DNA of 50,938 nt from Octopus bimaculoides (Eukaryota), in assembly GCF_001194135.2 (NCBI RefSeq), contig NC_068998.1:31286583-31337520 (forward strand), in the 5' to 3' direction. Position numbers and translations under genes: made by a program. The notes under the pieces are model-generated. The model had not been told where the DNA came from, did not search any database, and worked only from the letters and a program-made list of their open reading frames with translations. Shown one piece after another: positions 1-11,580 of the stretch. Each line of letters opens with the position of its first letter. Position 1 is the first letter of the stretch.

Positions 1-43
1 AACTCATGTTCGTCAATGTTTTGTAAATTTACCACGATTTTCA

Positions 44-180
44 CTAGGGTGTTAGGATTAGGGTTTTAGGGTCAGGGTTAGGGTTTAGGATTAATGTTAC
101 GGTTACGTTTTTTAGGGTCAGGGTTAGGGTTAGGGTTTAGGGTTTAGGGTTAGGGTTAGTGTTAGGATTAGGGTTGGGTA
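44..180 (+). repeat. Degenerate interstitial telomere-like array (TTAGGG with TTTAGGG, TCAGGG, TTAGGA variants)
   Basis: Direct reading of ggttagggttagggtttagggtttagggttagggttag...; flanked by ordinary sequence at the right, so not a chromosome end. Confidence 0.85.
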
Positions 181-279
181 ATCGTGCGGGTGTTAATCTG
201 AAAAATTACAGATATGTGAAAAGTACCGACCCTGCCATCTATTATAACTTTTGTTGTTCTGTTTAATATATACATAGAT

Positions 280-870
280 TATGCCTCCAAAGAAGAGAGT
301 TTGCTGGGGAAAGACAGCAACACAATCTAAAAAGGAATATTCACCAAGAAAAGCTAATAGTGTATGTTTGGTGGTCCAGTATTGGTATCATCCACTACAG
401 CTTCATGAGACCTGGTCTGTCAATTACAATGGATGTATCCATCAACCAATTGGATGATATGATCAGTGAACTTGCAATTAAACAACTGAGATTGGTCAAT
501 AGAGACGGGCCAATTCTCTTGCAAGACAATGCTCAACCATATGTTACACAAAGAACGCTACTCATTTTACAGGAACTGAACTTGGTAGTACTCTGTGATC
601 AACCATATTCACCAGACTTTTCACCATCTGTCTATCACGTTTTCCAGGCATTAATGGAAAAAAAACTTCAAATCTGAAGAAGATGCAAAAACAGCCTTTC
701 ATGATTTCATCACTTCTTGCTCCCCAGAATTCTTCGATGCTGGCATAAAATGGCAAAATTGTGTTGATAATTTAGGTGCATACTTTGATTAACTGCATTA
801 CTTTTTGTTAAGATAAAATAAAATAAACTTTCAGTTCAAAATCAGATATTTCATTCTTAGTGACCTGATA
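280..870 (+). mobile_element. 5'-truncated mariner (DD34D) transposon remnant
   Basis: ORF 360-677 has the mariner motifs VWW..IGIIHY, LLQDNAQP and YSPDFSPSVYHVF; ends in TIR-like ttcttagtgacctga followed by TA at 869-870. Confidence 0.9.
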
Positions 871-879
871 TGTGTGTGT

Positions 880-1085
880 GTGTGTATTATATGTATAGTT
901 CAAATTTACAGAAAACAAAAGACAGGTGTAGGAACAACAAACAGGTGTATTAGTTTAACACTCGGGAAGAATGGAAAAGTCTTTTACGTTTCAAGCCTAC
1001 GCACTTCGATAGAAAGGATTAAGAGGGAAAAAAATGGAGAGAGAAAAAGATGTGCTGAGTTCAACGATCCAACATGACTAAATGA
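880..1085 (-). repeat. PLE-type terminal repeat fragment (copy 1), homologous to 47200-47390
   Basis: Shares gacaggtg..aacaac..aa..gtgtattagttt.acgctcggga...aaagtcttt.acgtttc.agc.tacgc.cttc.a.agaaag with the copy at 47200-47390. Confidence 0.7.
980..1016 (-). ncRNA. Decayed minimal hammerhead-like motif (variant core), copy 1
   Basis: Minus strand CUUU-CUAUCGAA-GUGC gUAg GCUU-GAAAC-GU-A-AAAG; same layout as 47288-47324 with substitutions in the core and stem II. Confidence 0.5.
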
Positions 1086-1264
1086 CCAGAAAAAAGAAAC
1101 TGAATGAAAGGGAGATAATAATACTAACGAAACGGTGACTCCGACGAACTAAGGTTCGCAAGCATGTGTGTGTATGTGAGAAAGGAATGTGTGGGTGTGT
1201 ATGTGTGAATGGGGTGAGGGTGTGAGTATGTATGTTTGATATATGTATGTTTGATATATATATA

Positions 1265-1677
1265 TAGGCGCAAGAGTGGCTGTATAGGCGCAGAAGTGGC
1301 TGTGTGGTAAGCAGCTTGCTTACCAACCACATGGTTCCGGGTTCAGTCCCACTGCGTGGCACTTTGGGCAAGTGTCTTCTACTATAACCTTAGTCCGACC
1401 AAATCCTTGTGAGTGGATTTGGTAGACAGAAACTGAAAGAAGCCTGTCGTATATATGTATGTATGTGTGTGTTTGTGTGTCCGTTTGTCCCCCTAACATC
1501 GTTTGACAACCGATGCTGGTGTGTTTACGTTCCCGTAACCTAGCAGTTCGGCAAAAGAACCCATAGAATAAGTACTAGGCTTACAAAGAATAAGTCCTGG
1601 GGTTGATTTGCTTGACTAAAGGCGGTGCTCCAGCATGGCCGTAGTCAAATGACTGAAACAAGTAATAGAGTAAAAGA

Positions 1678-1680
<3 letters not shown>
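1265..1680 (+). mobile_element. tRNA-derived SINE, near full length, with duplicated 5' ~19 bp
   Basis: A-box-like gtggctgtgtggtaag and B-box-like ggttcagtcc head, internal (TG) tract, 3' aatgactgaaacaagtaa..gagtaaaagag tail; homologous copy at 26083-26361. Confidence 0.85.

Positions 1681-1719
<39 letters not shown>
1680..1719. repeat. (TA)n microsatellite
   Basis: Direct reading. Confidence 0.95.
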
Positions 1720-1721
<2 letters not shown>

Positions 1722-1724
1722 CTC

Positions 1725-2174
1725 CTGTTTGAAAACTTAAGGACACAGAATGCTTGTGTCGCGTAGCCAACCAGAAACGGTGTTTATTGGGGCTAAATAA
1801 CAGTAACTTTCTTCCCTTTTCTGGGACTGTCACATTTCGTTGGCAACGAGCCATCACTTTATCATGCTGTTACTGCATAACTCTCTGGGAGATTTAGAAA
1901 TGTAATATTTGTATTTTTGTAGATAAGTGAATGTATTTCACTTGAAATTCTATAAGTTTTCAACAGTGGATTAGCAGCGACATCTAGCAAGGCCAAGCTA
2001 CTCCAAACTCATGAAGAGTAATAACCCTGAAACTAGTCTCTGAATGCTGGTTTTGTTGGATGGCGGTGCTTATCCCCACTGTTTGAAAACTTAAGGACAG
2101 AGAACGCTTGTGTTGCATAGCTGACTAGAAACAGTGTTTCTTGGGGCTAAATAACAGTAACATTCTTCCCTTTC
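1725..2174 (+). repeat. ~354-bp-period direct repeat (partial second unit cut by gap) with hammerhead-like remnant at 2010-2038
   Basis: ctgtttgaaaacttaaggaca...ggggctaaataacagtaac..tcttcccttt at 1725-1819 and 2079-2174. Confidence 0.75.
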
Positions 2175-2275
2175 CNNNNNNNNNNNNNNNNNNNNNNNNN
2201 NNNNNNNNNNNNNNNNNNNNNNNNNNNNNNNNNNNNNNNNNNNNNNNNNNNNNNNNNNNNNNNNNNNNNNNNNNN

Positions 2276-4001
2276 CAGAGGATGGGGGTAGGGGTGAGGT
2301 ATGTGGAAGAGGGTGTAAGGGATGGGATGGGAATGATGGGGAAGGTGGGGTAGGAATGTGTAGGAGTGACGTGGGCTTATGTGGGAGGGTTGATGATGAA
2401 GGGGGAATGTGGGTTTGAGAGAAGACAGAAAGAGAGGAAGAGAGAAGAGAGTAGGGGTGAAGAGAAGTAGGAGTCAGAACAAGAGAGGAAGGTGGGTGGG
2501 AGGAAGTAGGAGGAAGGAAAGAGAGGCAAGGGGGAAAGGCAAAGGGAGGAGGTCAGATAAAGAGGGGAGGAGAGTTGAGCCCATGTGATGCAAAGGAGCG
2601 AAGAGAGAAGATTAATCCCTGTTCACGGCGCAAACAGGAGTCCGGATGGCCCATGTGCAAGGACAATCCGAACACAGACAGGTGTTGCAAAGAGTGACTG
2701 GTAGAGCAGAAATGGCGTGAGACCAGGGTGTCATTGCCGAGGCGGATGTCTCGGAGGTGTTCCGCGAACCAGTCAGCCAAGCGGCGTCCCGTTTGTCTGA
2801 TGTACAGAGAATAGCAGAGAGAGCAGGAGATGCAATAGATGATATTAGTAGAAGTGCAGGTGAAGGAGACGGTGGTGTGATAGGGTCGATGATGGGTGCC
2901 GGTGAGGAGGGTGGTGTTGGAGAGGTAAGGGCAAGTGTGGCAACGTGGGCAGGAGCAGGGGAACGAACCAGGTTGGGAGGTTGGGTTAGGGAAGAAGCTG
3001 TGGACCAAGTGGTCTCATAGGTTGTGGGCTCGTTTGAAGGAGGGGAGGGGTGGGTTAGGGAAGATGTGTGAGGTGGATGGGTCGGACTGGAGACGCCGGA
3101 AAGCTTGGACAATGGTGTGTTGGAGAGGTAGGNNNNNNNNNNNNNNNNNNNNNNNNNNNNNNNNNNNNNNNNNNNNNNNNNNNNNNNNNNNNNNNNNNNN
3201 NNNNNNNNNNNNNNNNNNNNNNNNNNNNNNNNNNNNNNNNNNNNNNNNNNNNNNNNNNNNNNNNNNNNNNNNNNNNNNNNNNNNNNNNTGAGGAGATATC
3301 CACGTAGGATGAAGTGGCGAGCCATGAGTTGAGACTGAGTCTCAAAGTCATGGTCATCTCTACAGAGCCTGCATAGACGGAGGAATTGGGAATAGGGGAT
3401 GGAAAGCTTGGTGTGTTTAGGGTGGGAGGAGAAGTTGAGGTATGAGTGTGAGTCTGTATGTTTGTAGTGGATGGAGGTGGTAAGAGTGGAGTGATGAATG
3501 CTGACCGAAATGTCAAGAAAGGAGACAGAGGTGTCAGAGATAGTGCAGGAGAAGTGGAGGGCAGGATGGAAAGATTTGACAAAAGAGAGGAAGGAGTCTA
3601 GATGTTCATGGGAGAGTGAGGTTGCACCGATACAGTCATCAATATAATGGCCATATAGTTCGGGAGTGGGACCAGTGAAACTTGAGAATATTTGGGCCTC
3701 AACGTAGCCAACGAACAGGTTCGCATAGTTGGGGCCCATTCTCGTTCCCATGGCCAATCCCAAGACTTGCTGGTAGAAATCGCCCACGAACGAGTAGTAG
3801 TTGAGTGAGAGGACAAGTTCGGCCAGATGAACGAGCGTAGAAGTGTCAGGTTGGGTCGGAGGTCAAGGAAATGTTTGAGTGCGCGCAGCCCCTCGTGGTG
3901 ATGGATCACCGTGTAAAGGCTCTGGATGTCGAGAGTGAAGAGAAGTTTAGAGGGGCCAGGAACGAAGGAGAAAGAGTTGAACAAACAAAGCACGTGGTGG
4001 G
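2276..4001 (-). mobile_element. Penelope-like retroelement remnant (RT + C-terminal GIY-YIG), frameshifted and gapped
   Basis: PLE RT motifs LFTLDIQSLYT, GLAMGTRMGPNYANLFVG, YIDDCIG, FLDISV; GIY-YIG-like NIIYCISCSLC..LYIRQTGRRLADWFAEH in ORF 2553-3008; purine-rich tract 2276-2550 is the likely 3' UTR. Confidence 0.92.
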
Positions 4002-4439
4002 NNNNNNNNNNNNNNNNNNNNNNNNNNNNNNNNNNNNNNNNNNNNNNNNNNNNNNNNNNNNNNNNNNNNNNNNNNNNNNNNNNNNNNNNNNNNNNNNNNN
4101 NNNNNNNNNNNNNNNNNNNNNNNNNNNNNNNNNNNNNNNNNNNNNNNNNNNNNNNNNNNNNNNNNNNNNNNNNNNNNNNNNNNNNNNNNNNNNNNNNNNN
4201 NNNNNNNNNNNNNNNNNNNNNNNNNNNNNNNNNNNNNNNNNNNNNNNNNNNNNNNNNNNNNNNNNNNNNNNNNNNNNNNNNNNNNNNNNNNNNNNNNNNN
4301 NNNNNNNNNNNNNNNNNNNNNNNNNNNNNNNNNNNNNNNNNNNNNNNNNNNNNNNNNNNNNNNNNNNNNNNNNNNNNNNNNNNNNNNNNNNNNNNNNNNN
4401 NNNNNNNNNNNNNNNNNNNNNNNNNNNNNNNNNNNNNNN

Positions 4440-4483
<44 letters not shown>

Positions 4484-4484
<1 letters not shown>

Positions 4485-6086
4485 TCAAAATAAGCAAAAA
4501 GGATATCCAGAGGTAATGCAGTATGATCATTTCATGCAACTCCAGTTAATTGAACAATGCAATCATTACATCAATTTAAATGCAGAGCAATCCTCAGCTG
4601 CATAGAGACATAGAATTTAATTAAATCAAAACACATTAGTATAATTATACCTAAAATCTCCAGGAAGTTAAGGAATTAGACAAAAAACATGCTGCCTTCA
4701 CTCTAGCATAGAAGCTACTAAGGTATCAAGAAGATATACATTGTTACAGACTCTGCCTGTCACTGATTTTTTGTTTCTATGGGGTCAGTTTTAATTTATA
4801 GACTAGTTTATCAAATCCTTGTATATCTAAGGCCGATCCACTAGAAATATATTCAAAACTACTAGTCATGGCATGAATCTAGGGAGCAGAGATAGTACAA
4901 ATATATCCTGTCCTTATTTACACAAAAAATTTAAAGGTAAGAGTCTCTGGTTCAATATCCCATACAACTGTGTATTATTCACAAACATATATAGAAAATT
5001 TATGGCTATTTTAGAAAAAAACGTCCCTTCTTCCTATAGATATAATAGAATCTTTTTGACAGTTAGAATCTCATACTCTACTCTCCCCAATATAGGTACC
5101 ATCATAGCTAGATTTAATAGGAAGAATATAAAATTAGCCAGAATTGTCGATAATAATAATAATAATAATAATAAGGGGCCCCCACCTGCGAGGTCATGCA
5201 TTGTTTATCTTGATATAAGATCACCATGTTGCGCACATATGGTTGTGATGCATGTGCCCGGTGTACCCTTATCAGATGGGTAGTCATGATGGGTCTATTG
5301 GGCTTCGTATATTTTACCCCAGTGTCACTTTGATGGCATGCACTGCTCTCTCACAACTATAACTTAAACTCCCAAAATGAAAATAGTAGTATTGATGATG
5401 ATGTGGTGAATAGAAGGAATAGTGGTAGCACTTCTAGTAAAAACATTAAGGATTGTAGTTCCAGTACATAACAGGGCATGGAAACTATTAGTATGCTTGA
5501 TGATGCAGAGGCGATTTCATATGATAATACAATTGAAGTGGAGTTAGAAAATAGCAGACATGAACATAACATACTTGATAATAGAATCATTAATAGCGAA
5601 AATATTAACAATAAAAATAAAAATAATAATTTAAATCTTAATAATAATAATAATTCTCCTAGTTGCAATTGTAGAGTTAAATTCCGCTGTCCTTTATTAG
5701 GCCGATGTCTTACCCAGAATGTATTATATAAATGCACAATAAAAACTGCAACTAATAATTATATTTACTTCGGTTGTTTGATTAATTTGAATCAGCATAT
5801 ATACAATCACGTATTGTCCTTTAAACTTAAAGATAAGGCGAATTGTACGCCATTATCCAGTAAGATTTGGGAATTGAAAGAAAGTGGAATTGGGTTTAGC
5901 CTCAAAAGGGAAATAAGAAAAGTTCAGCCTTATAGAAATAGCAGATATGGGTGTGAGATGTGCTCTATGGAAACATATGAAAATTTTAAGCATAAAGATA
6001 ATGGCAACCTGATTAATAATCGATTAGACCTTAGGGTATCATGTGTACATAGTGCCACCCGTACCTTTAAATATTTTAGAAAGTAG
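4484..6086 (+). mobile_element. Penelope-like remnant: degenerate RT end, WFNxPY linker domain, Asn-rich linker, Cys-flanked GIY-YIG endonuclease
   Basis: SLWFNIPYN...RISYSTLPNIGTIIARFN (ORF 4873) and CNCR..CPLLGRCL..NVLY....YIYFG...H....LSSKIWELK...CEMC..E.....LINNR...CVH (ORF 5478) match the PLE C-terminal organisation. Confidence 0.85.
5173..5354 (+). repeat. GC-richer ~182-bp insert (likely 3' tail of another retroelement) interrupting the PLE frame at an (AAT)n run
   Basis: Abrupt composition change after (AAT)n; removing 5173-5354 rejoins the upstream and downstream PLE frames (boundary chosen by eye). Confidence 0.5.
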
Positions 6087-6399
6087 TACTTTATTGATCT
6101 TGTGATTTAAAACCTATAATGTACCTCTTAGTTTATAATCAGTGCATAGGTAGCATGACCTACAGCAATAATTTTCCTTTAGTTAATATTGGGTATCAGT
6201 CATTATAGATACAAGCTAATTAAGTAAATAAACAATTTTTAGTTTTAAATACTTGAATTATTACATACTTTCTATAAATCTTCTCTATTGAAGTTACTAA
6301 GTCGATTTTAGTGATTAAACTATTTTATATCCTTTTCTACCTGATCATTTTAATACTTTATAATTGCCTTTAGATAAACCTAAATTTTTGTACCCCTAT

Positions 6400-7130
6400 A
6401 ATATTAATAATAATAATAATAATAAAATGATCAGTTAGGGTAGAGCACCTTAGAAAAGGAATAAAGACAGCCTAATCACTAAAAACCATAATAAAATATC
6501 CATACCTTTTGTACCCCTATAAAGTCATACTTCGCTTATAAAAACAATATGGGTATCTTCACAACTTAAAATTAAACTGCTTAGATTATAATTTAACTAA
6601 TTTATAGTAAATTTGTTCTCTCACCTCAATGATAATCCTGATAATCCTAAATTTTAACTTTATACAATATGGATATGTTGTTTAAAATAGTTTTAGTAAC
6701 TAAGTTTTTTTATCCCTTTCTTAAAGTGTTCCATCCTAATTTTGGTATTTATATTGGCTTTATACAAGCAGCCCTTCAAATTAAGTACCCCTAAGAAACT
6801 AATATCATTTATGGATTAACACAAATAACTTTTAAAATCTATATTATACCTCTTAATTTAATAGTAGTATATAATTAGCACGTCCTTTTAACAACAATTA
6901 TTCTTTTAACCAATACTAGGTTTCAGTCCTGATTATAAAAAGCTAAATAAGTTAATTAACAATTTTTAGCTCATAATACTTAAATTATTATACATTTTCT
7001 ATAAATTTTTGCTATTGAAGTTAATAAGGCATGGATATTTTATTATGGTTTTAGTGATTAGGCTGTCTTTATTCCTTTTCTAAGGTGCTCTACCCTAACT
7101 GATCATTTTATTATTATTATTATTAATATT
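6400..7130. repeat. ~100-bp near-perfect inverted repeat (6400-6503 / 7031-7130) plus diverged direct repeat (~6118-6350 / ~6843-7110)
   Basis: aaaatgatcagttagggtagagcaccttagaaaaggaataaagacagcctaatcact is reverse-complemented at 7031-7110. Confidence 0.85.
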
Positions 7131-7164
7131 ATTTTTATTATTATTTTATAGTAGTCTTAAATAA

Positions 7165-7853
7165 ATCTAATCGACAATTCTGGCTAATTCTATATTCTTC
7201 CTATTTAATCTAGCTATGATGGTACCTATATTGGGGAGAGTAGAGTATGAGATTCTAACTGTCTTATGTAAAAAGATTCTATTATATCTATAGGAAGAAG
7301 GGATGTTTTTTTCTAAAATAGCCATAAATTTTCTATATATGCTTGTGGATAATGCACAGTTGTATGGGATATTGAACCAGAGATTCTTACCTTTAAATTT
7401 TTTGTGTAAATAAGGACAGGATATATTTGTACTATCTCTGCTCCCTAGATTCATGCCATGACTAGTAGTTTTGTATATATTTCTAGTGGATTGGCCTTAG
7501 ATATACAAGGATTTGATAAACTAGTCTATAAATTAAAACTGACCCCATAAAAGCAAAAAAATCTGTGACAGGCAGAGTATATAACAATGTATATCTTCTT
7601 GATACCTTAGTAGCTTCTATACTGGAGTGAATGCAGCATGTTCTTTGTCTATCTCCTTAAATTCTTGGAGATTTTAGGTACAATTATACTAATGTGTCCA
7701 TCTGTTTTGATTTAATTAAATTCTATGTCTTTGTGCAGCTGAGGATTGCTCTACATTTAAAATGATGTAATGATTGCATTGATCAATTAAATGGAGTTGC
7801 ATGAAATGATCGTACTGCATTACCTCTGGATATCCTTGTTGATTATTTTGATT
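7165..7853 (-). mobile_element. Inverted second copy of PLE segment 4484-5150
   Basis: ORF 7167-7454 (-) nearly identical to ORF 4873 (+); homology extends to ggatatcc..ttattttgat near 7830-7853. Confidence 0.9.
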
Positions 7854-7948
7854 TTAATCACCTACTTTGAAATTGTATGGATAATACCGTACTAAATTCT
7901 GGTGCCTCAACTTAAGTACCATATTCATCTGAATCTATATATATATAT

Positions 7949-7981
<33 letters not shown>

Positions 7982-10900
7982 GTTTAACGTCCGCTTTCCA
8001 TGCTAGCAGGGGTTGGATGATTTGACTGAGGACTGGTGAACCAGATGGCTACACCAGGCTCCAATCTAATTTGGCAGAGCTAATACTGCTGGATGTCCTT
8101 CCGAACGCCAACTACTCCAAGAGTGTAGTGGGTGCTTTGACGTGCCATCGGTACAAAGGCCAGTCAGGCAGTACGTGTCACCTGCACAGGAGCCAGTCCA
8201 GCGGCACTAGCAACGATCGTGCTTGAATGTCTTTACACTTGCCGCGGGCACAAGTGCCAGGAAGGCGATGCTGGGCACAGCTGCCATTACGATTTCGGTT
8301 TTGCTTACCCCAATAAGTCTTCGCAAGTTGAGTTTCGTGTCCAATGAAGGAGACGACGTTGGCACGGGTGCCAGTCGTCGAATTTAGTTCGATTTCACTT
8401 GCCTCAACAAGTCTTCGCAAGCGGGGTTTAATGTCCAATGTAGGAAAGGTACGCATAAGTGGGCTGGCTACACCCCTGGCAGAGACCTTGGGATATAGGT
8501 CTCACTTGGCTTGCTGGGTCTTCTCACGCACAGCATATTTCCAAAGGTCTCGGTCAGAAGTCATCGCCTCGGTGAGGCCCAATGTTCGAAGGTTGTGCCT
8601 CACCACCTCATCCCAGGTCTTCCTGGGCCTACCTCTTCCACAGGTTCCCTCAACTGCTAGGGTGTGGCACTTTTTCACACAGCTATCCTCATCCATTCTC
8701 GCCACATGACCATACCAGCGCAATCGTCTCTCTTGCACACCACAACTGATGCTTCTTAGGTTCAACTTTTCTCTCAAGGTACTTATACTCTGTCTAGTAT
8801 GTACACTGACATTACACATCCATTGGAGCATACTGGCTCTGTTTCTTGTGAGCTTACGCATGTCCTCAGCTGTCACGGCCCATGTTTCACTGTCATGAAG
8901 CATGGCTGTTCGTACACATGTGTCATACAGTCTGCCTTTTACTCTGAGTGAGAGGCCCCTTGTCACCAGCAGAGGTAAGAGCTCTTTGAACTTTGCCCAG
9001 GCTATTCTTATTCTAGAAGCTACACTTTCAGTGCACCTTCCCCCCCACTACTAACTTGGTCACCTAGATAGCGAAAGCTATTAACTAAGTCTAGTTTTTC
9101 TCCCTTGAATGTGGCCAAAGTTGTTTTCAGCACATTTTCAGTGTTAATTGCTCCTGAACATCAGCGATATACAAAAACTAACTTCCTAGTTAACCTGCCT
9201 TTGATATTGCTGCACCTCTTATGCATCCATAGCTTGCACTGGGCACATCTTATAGAGTTTCTACCTACGCCTTTTCTACAGATCGAACAGGGCCATCTAC
9301 CTGAAGGGGTTTGTGTGTTGTCTACCTTCCTACTTATTAGGACTTTGGTTTTAGCTAGGTTGACTCTAAGGCTCTCCGATTCTAGTCCCTGCTTCCACAC
9401 CTGAAACTTCTCCTCTAGTTTTGATAGTGACTCAGCAATTAGTGCAAGGTCATCAGCATAGAGGAGATCCCAGGGGCATCCTGTCTGGAATTCCTCTGTT
9501 ATCGCCTGGAGGACTATGATAGATAGGAGGGGGTTGAGGACTGAACCTTGGTGGACTCCTACCTCTACCTGGAATTCTTCACTGTACTCGTTGCCAAGCC
9601 TCAACTTACTGACAGCATCTCACACAGCTCTCACTAACCATTCTTCTATCCCTAGTTTCTTCATTGACCACCAGATAAGGGAGCGGGGGACCCTGTCAAA
9701 GGCTTTCTCCATGTCAACCAAAGTCAGGTACAGAGGTTTATCTTTGGCTAGGTATTTCTCCTGCAGCTGTCTTACCAGAAATATAGCATCAGTGGTGCTT
9801 TTCCCTGGCACAAACCCAAACTGCATCTCATCTAAACTGACTCTCTCCCTAATTAGTTGGGCTATGACCCTCTCCGTGACTTTCACTACCTGATCTAACA
9901 ACTTGATACTTCTGTAATTATTTGTATCTAAAGTGTCACCTTTACCTTCATAGCAGTTGACTATGGTGCTGCTACACCAGTCATTGGGTATAACTTTTTC
10001 ATGTATCACCTGGTTAACAATACGGATGACTAGGCTATAGCCGACACTGCCAGATATTTTGAGCATCTCTGCAGCGATTTCTGATGGGCCGGGGGCTTTC
10101 CTTGTCTTCATACTCTTAATTGCTTTATCTACCATGGTACTGTCAACTCAGATAGCTGGTCCCTCTGTTGGGTCAACGTTTAGCAGACTCTCTTTCTCCC
10201 ATTCACTCTCTTTATTGAGCAATCTTTTGTAGTGGTGTCTCCAAACCTCGTTTAGTGCAAGCGTATCATCATCCATGTGAACACATTTCTTTCCCACGAC
10301 ATCATAATTCTCTCTCACACACTGTCTTGCAACACAAAATACCTCAAGTCTTTGGTCCTCACGGCACAAAACATTGGCCAATTTTTTCTTATCTGCTTCC
10401 CCTCTGGCTAAATAAACCTGTCACTTAGCTTCCCTTCTGGCAGTCTGATATAATTCCTTGCTACCACCGTTCTTCCAGTCCTTCGAAGCCTGTTTCTTTT
10501 GTCTAATAGCCCTGTCAACAACATTGTTCCACCACCACGTTATTTTGGGTCAAGAGGGGACTTTGCACCATCCACAGATCTGGTCAGTGGCCCTCAGCAG
10601 GTTGTCCCGTAGAAACGTCCAGTTGTCTTCTACATCATGTGAAGCTACATCCCCCTCTATTTTGTCAAAGGCTTNNNNNNNNNNNNNNNNNNNNNNNNNN
10701 NNNNNNNNNNNNNNNNNNNNNNNNNNNNNNNNNNNNNNNNNNNNNNNNNNNNNNNNNNNNNNNNNNNNNNNNNNNNNNNNNNNNNNNNNNNNNNNNNNNN
10801 NNNNNNNNNNNNNNNNNNNNNNNNNNNNNNNNNNNNNNNNNNNNNNNNNNNNNNNNNNNNNNNNNNNNNNNNNNNNNNNNNNNNNNNNNNNNNNNNNNNN

Positions 10901-11493
10901 NNNNNNNNNNNNNNNNNNNNNNNNNNNNNNNNNNNNNNNNNNNNNNNNNNNNNNNNNNNNNNNNNNNNNNNNNNNNNNNNNNNNNNNNNNNNNNNNNNNN
11001 NNNNNNNNNNNNNNNNNNNNNNNNNNNNNNNNNNNNNNNNNNNNNNNNNNNNNNNNNNNNNNNNNNNNNNNNNNNNNNNNNNNNNNNNNNNNNNNNNNNN
11101 NNNNNNNNNNNNNNNNNNNNNNNNNNNNNNNNNNNNNNNNNNNNNNNNNNNNNNNNNNNNNNNNNNNNNNNNNNNNNNNNNNNNNNNNNNNNNNNNNNNN
11201 NNNNNNNNNNNNNNNNNNNNNNNNNNNNNNNNNNNNNNNNNNNNNNNNNNNNNNNNNNNNNNNNNNNNNNNNNNNNNNNNNNNNNNNNNNNNNNNNNNNN
11301 NNNNNNNNNNNNNNNNNNNNNNNNNNNNNNNNNNNNNNNNNNNNNNNNNNNNNNNNNNNNNNNNNNNNNNNNNNNNNNNNNNNNNNNNNNNNNNNNNNNN
11401 NNNNNNNNNNNNNNNNNNNNNNNNNNNNNNNNNNNNNNNNNNNNNNNNNNNNNNNNNNNNNNNNNNNNNNNNNNNNNNNNNNNNNNNNNNNNN

Positions 11494-11549
11494 AGACGAA
11501 ATACCGCTAAGCATTTCGCCCAGCGTGCTAACGTTTCTGCCAGCTCGCC
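11494..11549 (-). mobile_element. tRNA-derived SINE 5' head fragment
   Basis: Minus strand ggcggcgagctggcagaaacgttagcacgctgggcgaaatgcttagcggtatttcgtc, truncated by gap. Confidence 0.6.
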
Positions 11550-11580
11550 GCCTTTTTCTTCTTTTATCTTTCTTTTTAAC

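Noticed and set aside
44-180. True telomere or chromosome end
   Set aside because: Short, degenerate, and bounded by non-telomeric sequence on both sides.
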